Positions 8,634 to 17,864 of a DNA stretch of 32,000 nt are shown here, piece after piece. The first letter of the stretch is position 1, and every line of letters starts with the position of its first letter. A model generated the notes under the pieces. It was not told where the DNA came from. It ran no database searches and saw only the letters and a program-made list of their open reading frames with translations. Location of the stretch: positions 450,001-482,000 of the forward strand of contig NC_009033.1 of assembly GCF_000015945.1 (NCBI RefSeq), given 5' to 3'. Origin of the DNA: Staphylothermus marinus F1. Its GTDB lineage: Archaea; Thermoproteota; Thermoprotei_A; Sulfolobales; Desulfurococcaceae. A program made the translations under genes and the position numbers.

Positions 8634-9755
8634 ATGAAAAATATAATGATGACCAGAATAGTATCAAGGAGGATCCATGTATGGTTCTTTCTTATAGTAT
8701 TTGTATTTATGATTTTCCCATCCATGATCACATATGGAGGTGTTCAAAGAAATGACAAATACATACCCACAGATACTTATCCTATAGATGAAAATAAACT
8801 ACTACAACAGCTTTCCCTGCTCAAACAATTAAATGATCCTATAGTTGATAGATATGTATCAGAAATAAATCAGTCAATACAAAACGGCGATTATGAAAAA
8901 GCATATGCTTTGTTGAACGAGTTAAATAATTATTTAAAAACAAAATACGGTGATGATCTAAACTCTAATAAGGATTTAGCGAAAACTGTCTCACTAATTG
9001 ATTCTATCCAAAACCTAACCGAAAATGGGATGGAAGTTAATCTTACTAATTATTTATATGAGCTAGGCAAGCTACTAAATAATGAATCGCTCATCCAAGA
9101 CGCTTATAAGCTTAGACATGGGGAAGTAGTGAATAATGATCTTATCTCTGAGCTCATCAACTATATGAAGCAATATGGGGGTGGTGTTAGAGAGACTAGT
9201 GGATCAGAAAATCTTAATCCAGGAAATCTCCTTGGAAGCGGAGTACAAGAAAAGCCGCCGGTTAATATTTTCAATCTCCCCAATATTGGCGGCAATAATG
9301 CTAGTGTATTTAATCCCCCAACTATTCCATCATTTAGCTTCGGCAAATACTTCAGCATAGTATTTTATGTAACTATAGGATCCCTTGTTCTCACTATACT
9401 ATATTATGTTCGCCAACCACTAAGACAATACTTAGATTACCTTATTACAAAAATAGATGAGAAAACAATGATTATAAAAGCTAGAATAGGAAAAACAACA
9501 TTGTCTCGAACAATAATGCTATACTATAAATGGTATAGTATTGTAAAGAGGCATGGATATAAGAGAAAACCTTCTGAAACACCGCGTGAACTATTAAGAA
9601 GAATAAGAATCGAAGATCTGAGAAATATTGGGAAATATGTGACAAGAATTTATGAGGAAAATGTTTATGGCAAATATGAAGTCGATGAAGCTTTAATTAG
9701 CAAGGTAGAACGTGAACTGAGAAGTCTATCTATCAATAAAAATATAGATAGGTGA
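8634..9755 (+). CDS. Two-TM membrane protein with a C-terminal DUF4129-like domain; first gene of the MoxR operon
   Basis: TM1 is VWFFLIVFVFMIFPSMI. A helical ectodomain follows, then TM2 FSIVFYVTIGSLVLTILYYV. The cytosolic tail KPSETPRELLRRIRIEDLRNIGKYVTRIYEENVYGKYEVDEA resembles DUF4129. The start is uncertain: the ORF is open from 8559 and ATG 8634 is preferred. Confidence 0.6.
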   Translation: MKNIMMTRIVSRRIHVWFFLIVFVFMIFPSMITYGGVQRNDKYIPTDTYPIDENKLLQQLSLLKQLNDPIVDRYVSEINQSIQNGDYEKAYALLNELNNYLKTKYGDDLNSNKDLAKTVSLIDSIQNLTENGMEVNLTNYLYELGKLLNNESLIQDAYKLRHGEVVNNDLISELINYMKQYGGGVRETSGSENLNPGNLLGSGVQEKPPVNIFNLPNIGGNNASVFNPPTIPSFSFGKYFSIVFYVTIGSLVLTILYYVRQPLRQYLDYLITKIDEKTMIIKARIGKTTLSRTIMLYYKWYSIVKRHGYKRKPSETPRELLRRIRIEDLRNIGKYVTRIYEENVYGKYEVDEALISKVERELRSLSINKNIDR

Positions 9756-11209
9756 TCTTATTGAGGCTTAAACTATTTACGGTATTTCTTCTAATAATAG
9801 GATTATTAGCAGCATTCTATATACCAGGGATTGCTATTAAAGTAGAGACCGCATTATATGTTGGAACCTGTAGTCCTCTATCATTTGACTGGTCAGGTAC
9901 AAGCATACTTGTTCAAAGACTTAGAAATGAAGGATACCATGTCATAATAGTTAATAATAATGATGAATTAATAAATGAGCTAAGTAAGGGAGGGTTACTT
10001 CTTATTATAGGTCCCGATAAATCAGTATCAGCAGATAATACGGATCTGGATTTAATAGAGAAATATTTCCTCGATGGAAAAATAAATATCGCTGTACTAG
10101 ATGAGAACACTACAAGTAATAATTTGTTACATAGATTCAATATTCATGTAAATGGAACAATGATCCTGGATACGATGTTAACTCAAGATCCTCAGTACCC
10201 GTTCACAATAATAAAAACCCTAGATAATGAAACAAAATATGTTCGTCTTAATTGGGCAAGTTTTATTGTTAATGATACTAAAATAAATAGACCTGTGGAC
10301 ATTGTTTCTATCACATATGGTATTCTCGATCTAAACTCTAATGGTAAAATCGATGATGAAGAAATAGCGTATTTTCTTAAAACCCGTGGAAACACTAGCT
10401 TTAACGGATGGATAACAGGGATTATTATAGTGTATCCTAGTTCTAAACTATTCGTAATGAGTGATAGTTCTCCATTAATAAATACCGAGCTGGGACGAAA
10501 CTTAACTGTTTCACAAATTGTATATAACTATGTGAAAAAATTATCTGATGAAAAAGGTAAACGAGTAATTATTCCTAACTATTTATATCGTAGAAAAAGT
10601 ATTCAGCAAACAATACCTTTTCACTCAAGCATACTTTTCCTATTGTTTGCTAATTTCCTTGAACAAGCTGATCAATTCATAGATGCATATATATCTCAAT
10701 ACAGTATTCTAGGCCCCCTCATATTATTATTAACAATATTAGGCTTGATTGGCCTCATGAAATCCGTATCTAACCTTAAAAAATTAGCAGAGTTTAAACA
10801 TGAGAAAGTCAGAGAATATAAGATCATTATTGAGACTATTATAACAGCTAATCTCTTAGATAAAAAGTTTCTGAAGAATAAGGAGAAAATATTGATAAAA
10901 AGATACTGGGAATTGTTAAGGCAAGCATTTATTATTGTTAAGAATTTTGATCTCGAAGAAGTTTTAGCTAGTAAATCATATAATAAACTACGTGTACTCG
11001 GCATAGTGGATCAGAAGAAATTTAAAAAACTATTATGGATGTACCGAATATACCTAAAGATTAATGGTAAAAGTCATTTACCCATAGTGTTTAATTGGAG
11101 AAAGACAATGATTAAATATGTTTTATTAGTTGAGGATTTACTAAACCTACTTGGATACACAATATTTAGGAAGGAAGGGTTCAGGGATGCAAAATACCTT
11201 ATCAAATAA
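9752..11209 (+). CDS. Membrane protein with a DUF4350-like (GldG/ABC-type uncharacterized transport-like) ectodomain
   Basis: The GTG start overlaps the upstream stop (GTGA, 9752-9755). N-terminal TM LFTVFLLIIGLLAAFYIPGIAI. FDWSGTSILVQRLRNEGYHVIIV...LLLIIGPDKSVS...KINIAVLDE matches the DUF4350 pattern. Second TM ILGPLILLLTILGLIGLM. Confidence 0.6.
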   Translation: MILLRLKLFTVFLLIIGLLAAFYIPGIAIKVETALYVGTCSPLSFDWSGTSILVQRLRNEGYHVIIVNNNDELINELSKGGLLLIIGPDKSVSADNTDLDLIEKYFLDGKINIAVLDENTTSNNLLHRFNIHVNGTMILDTMLTQDPQYPFTIIKTLDNETKYVRLNWASFIVNDTKINRPVDIVSITYGILDLNSNGKIDDEEIAYFLKTRGNTSFNGWITGIIIVYPSSKLFVMSDSSPLINTELGRNLTVSQIVYNYVKKLSDEKGKRVIIPNYLYRRKSIQQTIPFHSSILFLLFANFLEQADQFIDAYISQYSILGPLILLLTILGLIGLMKSVSNLKKLAEFKHEKVREYKIIIETIITANLLDKKFLKNKEKILIKRYWELLRQAFIIVKNFDLEEVLASKSYNKLRVLGIVDQKKFKKLLWMYRIYLKINGKSHLPIVFNWRKTMIKYVLLVEDLLNLLGYTIFRKEGFRDAKYLIK

Positions 11210-12167
11210 AGGCTTTGATCCTGTTTTTGCATCGAGTGTATCGAAGAAAATTATGGAAAATGTATCGAAGATTATTGTTGGTAAAAAAGATGTTATACAG
11301 TACATTTTAATATCAATATATGCTGGTGGACACATATTATTGGAGGGGGTTCCAGGAGTAGCTAAGACTCTTATTGCTAAAACAATAGCTAGATCTCTTA
11401 GCTTATCATATTCTAGGATACAAGCAACACCAGATCTTTTACCAAGCGACATTATTGGAACACTAGTATTTGATCCAAGAATAAACGATTTCAAGCCACG
11501 TAAAGGACCTATATTCGCTAATATAGTATTGTTTGACGAGATCAATAGAGCGAGCCCTAGAACACAGTCTGCCTTGTTAGAGGCGATGCAGGAGAAACAA
11601 GTTACTATAGAAGGGATAACTTTCAAGCTTCCCGAACCTTTCATTGTAATCGCAACTATGAACCCTATAGAGATGGAGGGTACTTTTCCACTGCCTGAAG
11701 CTCAGCTGGATAGGTTTCTTCTGAAAATAATTGTTTCATATCCCGATACTGATGAGGAAAAAGAAGTTCTTAGAAGAATACATTATATTGAAAAATTCGA
11801 AATTTCACCCGTTACATCGGCTGAGGAAATATTAGCTATTAAGGCTATGCTTCCAAAAGTTAGGGTTAGTGAGGAGTTAATTGATTATATTGTAAGGATA
11901 GTTAAGAAAACACGAGAGCACCCACATGTACGTTTAGGTGGTTCTCCAAGAGCTTCTATAAGCTTATTATTAACGAGTAAGGCTAATGCATTAATTGATG
12001 GGAGATCATATGTTATTCCGGACGATATCAAATTCGTTGCCAAACCTGTTCTTAGACACCGTATAATATTGAAGCCTGAAGCTGAATTTGAAGCTATAAC
12101 AACGGATCAAATAATTGAAGATGTATTAAACGAAATACCTGTTCCAACACCAGGTGTGCCGAGCTAA
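11187..12167 (+). CDS. moxR: MoxR-family AAA+ ATPase (AAA_3)
   Basis: GHILLEGVPGVAKTLIAKTIARSL (Walker A), SRIQATPDLLPSDIIG (MoxR signature), VLFDEINRASPRTQSALLEAMQE (Walker B / sensor), ATMNPIEMEGTFPLPEAQLDRF, RASISLL. ATG 11187 overlaps the upstream gene end by 23 nt. Confidence 0.92.
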   Translation: MQNTLSNKGFDPVFASSVSKKIMENVSKIIVGKKDVIQYILISIYAGGHILLEGVPGVAKTLIAKTIARSLSLSYSRIQATPDLLPSDIIGTLVFDPRINDFKPRKGPIFANIVLFDEINRASPRTQSALLEAMQEKQVTIEGITFKLPEPFIVIATMNPIEMEGTFPLPEAQLDRFLLKIIVSYPDTDEEKEVLRRIHYIEKFEISPVTSAEEILAIKAMLPKVRVSEELIDYIVRIVKKTREHPHVRLGGSPRASISLLLTSKANALIDGRSYVIPDDIKFVAKPVLRHRIILKPEAEFEAITTDQIIEDVLNEIPVPTPGVPS

Positions 12168-13510
12168 TGCTTGAAAACGATGTCTCTGCAACATCTAATG
12201 TATATGTATTACTGAGTTTAGCCGGGTTACTAGTATCTCTAGATATTTGGCTTAATAAAACCATAACAATTTATACACTATATGTTGTCGGAATTGTTAT
12301 AGCAATCATTCTCGGAACAAGAATACTAGTTGAACTTTCCGCTCGCCAAATATATCGATTAAAGATTAAACGCGAGTTTCTTGATCCCCCTATGGAAAGA
12401 AATAAGGTAAGAATAAAACTTGTTTTTAGAAATAATTCGAGTATACCATTATTCTATGTAAGCATAAATGATCTATACCCCAGTCTTTTCAAGCTAGTTG
12501 AGGGAAGCAATACCGTATCTGCAACTCTTCTTCCATATAGTGGTTTCGAATATGAATATATAGTTGAAACTGTTCTTGGCAAGCATCTTTTTCGTGGCTT
12601 AGAAATTATTGTCAAGGATCCTCTTGGATTATTTAATTATAAGACCACTATTGATCCAGAAGAGAAAATAATATATGTAAAACCTAAACCTGCAACTTTT
12701 CCTAGGAGAATGATAGGTATCTGGACGAGGAGAGGGCTGGGAATAGGTAAAGCGAGGATGAGAGGGCTTGGACAAGAATTCTATGAGCTCCGAGAATATT
12801 TTCCAGGAGATGATTATAGATTAATTGATTGGAAAAGCTTTGCTCGGCTAAGAAAACTATATGTAAAAGAATTCGAGCGTGAAGCAAATCTTAGTGTAGT
12901 ATTCATTATAGATGCATCTCCAGATTCTATGAGAGGAATAGTAGGTGGTACCCCACTAGAGGATATGGCTAGAATAACCGCTGGTCTCTCCAAGATTCTA
13001 CTAGAAAGAGGAGACTGGGTTGGCGTAGTTATTCGTGGCGAAAAAATAGTTAGATCAGGCTATGGTAGGGGACGCATACACTTTATGAGAATAATTAATT
13101 CTCTATCAAACATTGATTGGCATGCTAAAGAGCCGAGTATAAGCCTAGGTGGGCTAATAGTTGATGAAGCATCAAAACTGCCGAGGAGAGCAAAGACATT
13201 ATTTTTTGTTTTAACAACACTGCTCAACAGATCCGAAGCTGACGAACTTATTAATGCATCAAATAAGCTTAGAAGTTTAGGTCACTTAGTCTTTATTGTT
13301 CAATTAATTCCTGAACTATATGAGGAGAAATATTTGAAGGGATTAGAATCCGCAATATTTTCAGGCTTAACTCTTGACAGGTATGTTTTGAGTAAGCAGA
13401 TACGAGAATATCTTGGCCGTAGAGGTGTTAGAGTAGTGAGTGTAGGACCTGATGATATATATGTTATGATTTATAGGTTAATAGAATCTTATAGAGCTGT
13501 GATAGTATGA
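12167..13510 (+). CDS. DUF58-family protein (vWA-like partner of MoxR) with an N-terminal double TM
   Basis: TAATG overlap with moxR (12165-12169). Hallmark block GQEFYELREYFPGDDYRLIDWKSFARLRKLYVKEFEREANLSVVFIIDAS. Confidence 0.88.
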   Translation: MLENDVSATSNVYVLLSLAGLLVSLDIWLNKTITIYTLYVVGIVIAIILGTRILVELSARQIYRLKIKREFLDPPMERNKVRIKLVFRNNSSIPLFYVSINDLYPSLFKLVEGSNTVSATLLPYSGFEYEYIVETVLGKHLFRGLEIIVKDPLGLFNYKTTIDPEEKIIYVKPKPATFPRRMIGIWTRRGLGIGKARMRGLGQEFYELREYFPGDDYRLIDWKSFARLRKLYVKEFEREANLSVVFIIDASPDSMRGIVGGTPLEDMARITAGLSKILLERGDWVGVVIRGEKIVRSGYGRGRIHFMRIINSLSNIDWHAKEPSISLGGLIVDEASKLPRRAKTLFFVLTTLLNRSEADELINASNKLRSLGHLVFIVQLIPELYEEKYLKGLESAIFSGLTLDRYVLSKQIREYLGRRGVRVVSVGPDDIYVMIYRLIESYRAVIV

Positions 13511-14781
13511 GAAATTATATTAGTAGAGAATTCGTTGAAAGCCTTGCAAAGAAATTCGGAGATCCCGTTTTCCAGTCAAGATTGAGCTTAGTAGTTGTAT
13601 TATTATTAAATCTTTATTTCTTGAATATCTTTGTAAATCTCAGCTATATGATAAGACCAAGCATTACTCAAACTATATCGTTTATATTGATCCTCTTATG
13701 GTTTATAGGTATTGTTAGCAGGAAAATCTACTTGTCAAGTTTATACTATGTCTTAGTAAGTGGATTACTTGTATATGAAAAAGCTATAGGGCTCAGCATC
13801 TTTACAACTGCTGTTATAGCTTCTGCATGGTTACTGTTCTCATATACATTAACCGATGTCTTGTTGAAACGATCTATTCGTAGAAGACATTTCTTATCTA
13901 TTAAGTCATTATTTTTCTCAACAATAATAATTATAGGAGTTTATACCGCATATTTATTCATCAGCTATATTGTAGCATCCACGGTTGTCTATGTTTACTC
14001 CTACATAGAATCTGTAACTCCAAGTATTTTTCAAGCATTTTATGAAGCATTTATTTCTACACGTGTAGGATCACTTGTTCTATTCTCCTTGATAATATTT
14101 GTAGTTTACTATATAATTGATAATTATTTAACTGGTTTAATAAGTGATACAGTATTCTTAAACATTGATTTTGTTAAGAACCGTATAAAAACAATAATAT
14201 ATTCTCAAGCTCATGATTTATTGAAAGGAAATGATCCGTTTCAGAAAATCTATGTTAGATCGATCCTATTTATCGTGTTCTTCTATGTATATGGTTTACT
14301 TTTCCCAGTAATGTCTTTTATTGAAAACCTTATTCAGATTACTTGGCTTTCATATATTGTATGGATAGCTATATGGCTTACCCTATCGACAATAATATAT
14401 AATTCTCTCAGAGATAGAGTTCTTAACACATTAATACCTAGGCAAAGCTTTAAGTTTGATGCTTTAAAGATTACTGATAACATAAGATCCCATAAATGGA
14501 TATATTTAAGCTCAGCATTTCTCTTTCTCTACATAGGTTTTATATATGTAATGGATAGAAATCCTTCAGTTATTATGGATCTACTACTTACTTCGCTTGG
14601 TTTCAAACACCCTACCTATATGGGAGGAAGAGATCAAGTAACCTTCATTATTTCCAGGTTATATACTGGTTTCTGCAATAATTTAATATACTATATTGAA
14701 AACTACTTTTATAGCATAGAAGAGGCATATACGATGTTATCTAAGCTATTAAGAGAACTAATAGTTTTCTTGTGGGGTTAA
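13507..14781 (+). CDS. Polytopic integral membrane protein (at least 8 predicted TM segments), function unknown
   Basis: ATGA overlap with the DUF58 gene (13507-13510). 424 aa, dominated by long hydrophobic stretches separated by short basic loops. Confidence 0.7.
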   Translation: MRNYISREFVESLAKKFGDPVFQSRLSLVVVLLLNLYFLNIFVNLSYMIRPSITQTISFILILLWFIGIVSRKIYLSSLYYVLVSGLLVYEKAIGLSIFTTAVIASAWLLFSYTLTDVLLKRSIRRRHFLSIKSLFFSTIIIIGVYTAYLFISYIVASTVVYVYSYIESVTPSIFQAFYEAFISTRVGSLVLFSLIIFVVYYIIDNYLTGLISDTVFLNIDFVKNRIKTIIYSQAHDLLKGNDPFQKIYVRSILFIVFFYVYGLLFPVMSFIENLIQITWLSYIVWIAIWLTLSTIIYNSLRDRVLNTLIPRQSFKFDALKITDNIRSHKWIYLSSAFLFLYIGFIYVMDRNPSVIMDLLLTSLGFKHPTYMGGRDQVTFIISRLYTGFCNNLIYYIENYFYSIEEAYTMLSKLLRELIVFLWG

Positions 14782-14783
14782 AA

Positions 14784-15023
14784 ATGGTCTCGAGAGATAT
14801 AGTTGTTGCTATTGCAGGATTCGTATTGATTGGTTTCAGCATATATGTTTTCTTGTGGTCACTTCAACTTATGATCTATAGAGATGTGCCTAGCAGTCTC
14901 CTAGCAGCATTAATAGGATTTGTAGCGTTAAGTGGTGGAGTATCACTTATTAGAACATGGAGTCTAGCTAGATATGTTGAAAAAGCTGAGAAGAAAGAAG
15001 AATCAGCCAGGGGTTCACCTTAG
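14784..15023 (+). CDS. Small two-TM membrane protein; last gene of the MoxR operon
   Basis: ATG 14784 lies 3 nt after the upstream stop; an alternative GTG 14772 would overlap it. Two hydrophobic helices (IVVAIAGFVLIGFSIYVFLW, LLAALIGFVALSGGVSLI) and a charged tail. Confidence 0.55.
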   Translation: MVSRDIVVAIAGFVLIGFSIYVFLWSLQLMIYRDVPSSLLAALIGFVALSGGVSLIRTWSLARYVEKAEKKEESARGSP

Positions 15024-15030
15024 CACATCA

Positions 15031-15058
15031 CACTCCCCTATTATTTCAGCGGGGAGTG
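15031..15058 (+). other. GC-rich hairpin just 3' of the operon stop (possible terminator or RNA element)
   Basis: CACTCCCC (15031-15038) pairs perfectly with GGGGAGTG (15051-15058) around the 12-nt loop TATTATTTCAGC. It is followed by a second short GC stem, CCTG-CGG-CAGG (15063-15073). Confidence 0.35.
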
Positions 15059-15159
15059 CTAGCCTGCGGCAGGGCGTCTTCATCTATTAGACATTATTTA
15101 ACCTGGTTACCTAATATCTTTTTATCATGTGCTGACTAGATATGAGTTAGGTGTGATAA

Positions 15160-16224
15160 ATGGTTGAGGGAAAATTGTTGAAATTTATTGAGAAAAAGTT
15201 TAGTGGAGACGTAGTATATACATCTGCAATACCAAATGCGAGAATGGGCGGATTAATGCCTTTTAAACAAACAATACCGCTCAGCCTTCTACATCCTAAA
15301 AATGCTGAGTTAGAATATGCATTACTAGATATAGGGGTATTGGTGCCTTCTCAACATATTAATTGGCGAGTAAAACTTAACGGTATAAATGTCACTAAGG
15401 AATTTAAACCACATATAATGTCTCCTGCTGGAAACCTATACTTTGCAAAACTAGTCTATGATGTAACCAGTATAATAAAAACGCCTGAGGGGCTACGTAG
15501 GAGAAGAGCAAATATAACTTTCAAACTCGAAGGAGGAGACTATATAATTATTGAGCAACTAGCAATTCTAGCACTTTACAGTAGTAGCGAGGCAGAATCT
15601 ATATTAACATATTATAGTGGAGCACTTAGTTTAAAACCTGGAGAATCTTCATCGCTAAAAATAAACTACGAGGGTGGAAACGGTAGGCTTAGGACAACAG
15701 TATATATGCCGAGCACAATTGCTAGAGGAGAGATACTTCTGAACAATAATTTATTATTAAATATAGAAAATGTACAAGGAATGGATGAACACATCATAGA
15801 ATTAAACAATTTATCAAAAGAAAACATTATTACATTTAAACACTTAGAAACAAATACAACATATTTCCCGAAAGAAATGAGGATATCAAACATACTACTA
15901 TATAATACTGGATATGCAAAGCCAGAGCTCAGTATAGAAGAAATAAATGTTCCCGAAATTGTCCGTAAAGGACAAGAATTAGAGATAACTATTTCAAACA
16001 ATGGCGAAAGCACACCAGATAAAGCAATGATCGTTGTAATGAGTTTGGGCAACGTAGTTGCTCGTAAGAAGATCAAAAAGCTTGATCCTGGAGAGAAAAC
16101 TACTGAAAAAATCAAGATAAAACTACAACCAGGAGAATACGAGCTAGTATTCAGGATTATATGGGGTAAGTTATCCAAAACATGGTATAAAGATACCAGA
16201 TACAAGGTAAAGGTAGTAGAATAG
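15160..16224 (+). CDS. Hypothetical protein with a C-terminal CARDB-like beta-sandwich domain
   Basis: GGTG lies 8 nt upstream of the ATG. The C-terminal ~100 aa, PELSIEEINVPEIVRKGQELEITISNNGESTPDKAMIVVMSLGNVVARKKIKKLDPGEKTTEKIKIKLQPGEYELVFRI, follows the CARDB pattern. No signal peptide is evident. Confidence 0.6.
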   Translation: MVEGKLLKFIEKKFSGDVVYTSAIPNARMGGLMPFKQTIPLSLLHPKNAELEYALLDIGVLVPSQHINWRVKLNGINVTKEFKPHIMSPAGNLYFAKLVYDVTSIIKTPEGLRRRRANITFKLEGGDYIIIEQLAILALYSSSEAESILTYYSGALSLKPGESSSLKINYEGGNGRLRTTVYMPSTIARGEILLNNNLLLNIENVQGMDEHIIELNNLSKENIITFKHLETNTTYFPKEMRISNILLYNTGYAKPELSIEEINVPEIVRKGQELEITISNNGESTPDKAMIVVMSLGNVVARKKIKKLDPGEKTTEKIKIKLQPGEYELVFRIIWGKLSKTWYKDTRYKVKVVE

Positions 16225-16225
16225 G

Positions 16226-17068
16226 TTAGATATACTCTAAAACAATTCCTCTATTCAATACGTACTGCTCAATAATTCTCCTATGCTCTCTACGAGTACC
16301 CTTCTTTTCAACAATAATTCTCTGAGGCACAGGATCGCTTTTCACAATCATTTCTTCTAGGATTTCCGGAGACAAGTATTGAAGAGCATATTTAGCCATG
16401 ATATGGCCGTAACAATAGTTTTTCTCAAAAGCCATCTTAGTGTGTTTTCTAGGATAATGTCCCCCTCCTACACCAGTAACAGGAATACATTCATGGTTAG
16501 GGTTCTCCAAGAACTTTATTACTGCCAAAGCAACAATCTCGTGATTAACTGGGTCTTTCCATTCATCAATAGTACTACCTATCTCTATAAAATTAAGGGG
16601 TTTTCTAACATCTGTGGGACCATGATGCGTTGCTTCATAGCTTACTTCATATTCATCTATTCTCCCATATTCCTCTGCGAGTATACTCAAATTAATAAGC
16701 AACTTATGTGACACAATTGGGTTGGCAATAGATAATGTTCTCGGCCTACCACCATATGGAGCTTCGGGCCCGAAGTTGCCCGTGTGGTGAACAGTATAGC
16801 TACAAACTTTTTTAGCACTAGAATGCCTAGATAACACTATATATCTTGAAACCTTATCAGGTAATCTACCGTCTAAGAAATCAAAATATATAACATCCTC
16901 GCTGAATCCTGCTAGTACAAAATTATTTCCTACATAGCATGTTATAGCATTTTTACATACATTGCTTTTCTCCAATCCATAATACTTGATAATGTATTCT
17001 GCCATACCAAAACCAGCTGGATCTTTAACACTATAAACTATTCCATATATTTCCAATACATTCATCAC
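16226..17068 (-). CDS. dtdA: Archaeal-type D-aminoacyl-tRNA deacylase (DtdA/GEK1 family)
   Basis: Strong family blocks: LSRHSS, TVHHTGNFG, YGGRP, SYEATHHGPT, FIEIGST..EW, GVGGGHYPRKHTK, GHIMAKYA. Confidence 0.9.
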   Translation of the reverse strand: MMNVLEIYGIVYSVKDPAGFGMAEYIIKYYGLEKSNVCKNAITCYVGNNFVLAGFSEDVIYFDFLDGRLPDKVSRYIVLSRHSSAKKVCSYTVHHTGNFGPEAPYGGRPRTLSIANPIVSHKLLINLSILAEEYGRIDEYEVSYEATHHGPTDVRKPLNFIEIGSTIDEWKDPVNHEIVALAVIKFLENPNHECIPVTGVGGGHYPRKHTKMAFEKNYCYGHIMAKYALQYLSPEILEEMIVKSDPVPQRIIVEKKGTRREHRRIIEQYVLNRGIVLEYI

Positions 17069-17092
17069 CTTCTATGAACTAATACTTCGTAG

Positions 17093-17102
17093 TTTAAATA
17101 TA
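17093..17102 (-). promoter_or_regulatory. TATA-box-like element in the dtdA/taw3 divergent intergenic region
   Basis: TTTAAATATA is centred ~29 nt upstream of the dtdA ATG (17066-17068). This spacing fits a leaderless archaeal mRNA. A second A/T box, GAATATATG (17121-17129), sits ~30 nt upstream of the taw3 ATG. Confidence 0.4.
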
Positions 17103-17153
17103 CATTACTATTAAGATAGGGAATATATGTCATTGTAAAATTGGGGGGCAGAA

Positions 17154-17864
17154 ATGGATTTTAAAATAAACTTATCAGCTTGGCGAAGGAGAAAAATAGA
17201 ATTCTGGAACAGGTTATGGGAGGATCTAGAGATAGGATATTTAGATGAGGATCTCATAGGCATTCTTCTGATCTTAAATACTGATATAAACATTTACACA
17301 TTAAGTAGTTGTAGCGGTAGAATAACGGTTAGTGATTCAACATATCCATGGAGCAGAGAAGAATCAAGCGTTGTATTCAAGAAACATGTTCCTATAACAA
17401 TCAATGAGGTACTGGATGTATTAAAGAAACCAGTTGTGAGGAGACTCTGGCTAAACTCAACTGGTCCCATACTTCATCTATCAACAAATAGCTTAGAATA
17501 CGCGGATAAAATATTGTCAATGGCGAGAAAAGCTGGCTTAAAACATAGCGGGATAATATCAATGAATCCTGATAAGGGATACATTATAGAGCTTACTAGT
17601 GGGGTTAAAATATCTCATCTCTTAAGGTCTCAAAACATCTTATTGGCTAAAGAAGATTCTTTGGAGGAAATCGTTAAAGTAGCGAACGAAGTATTGTTGG
17701 AGGGTAAGAAGGTGTTGATAAGGATGTTTAAAGTATTTCGTTCAGAGCTTCCATGGAATCCTGACGATAATATTATATCTGATCTCAAGAGTAGAGGAAT
17801 TGACATCGATAAATATGATCCATATAAGATATATAGGAAGTATATTAGGTTGAATAATATTTAA
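17154..17864 (+). CDS. taw3: tRNA(Phe) wyosine-derivative methyltransferase Taw3 (TYW3 family)
   Basis: N-terminal WRRRKIEFW...LDEDLI and the diagnostic TLSSCSGRI motif. 236 aa, which fits the family. Confidence 0.85.
   Translation: MDFKINLSAWRRRKIEFWNRLWEDLEIGYLDEDLIGILLILNTDINIYTLSSCSGRITVSDSTYPWSREESSVVFKKHVPITINEVLDVLKKPVVRRLWLNSTGPILHLSTNSLEYADKILSMARKAGLKHSGIISMNPDKGYIIELTSGVKISHLLRSQNILLAKEDSLEEIVKVANEVLLEGKKVLIRMFKVFRSELPWNPDDNIISDLKSRGIDIDKYDPYKIYRKYIRLNNI

Noticed and set aside
9161-9360. Two short overlapping ORFs (65 aa minus, 61 aa plus) inside the DUF4129-like gene
   Set aside because: They are embedded in the linker region of a longer, operon-coupled CDS. They have no independent start signals or motifs.
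15005-15100. Possible C/D-box sRNA on the minus strand (AGAUGAAGA ... CUGA ... GUGAUGU ... CUGA)
   Set aside because: Box-to-box spacings are about 27 and 18 nt instead of the ~12 nt guide length typical of archaeal C/D sRNAs. The C box also has a mismatch.
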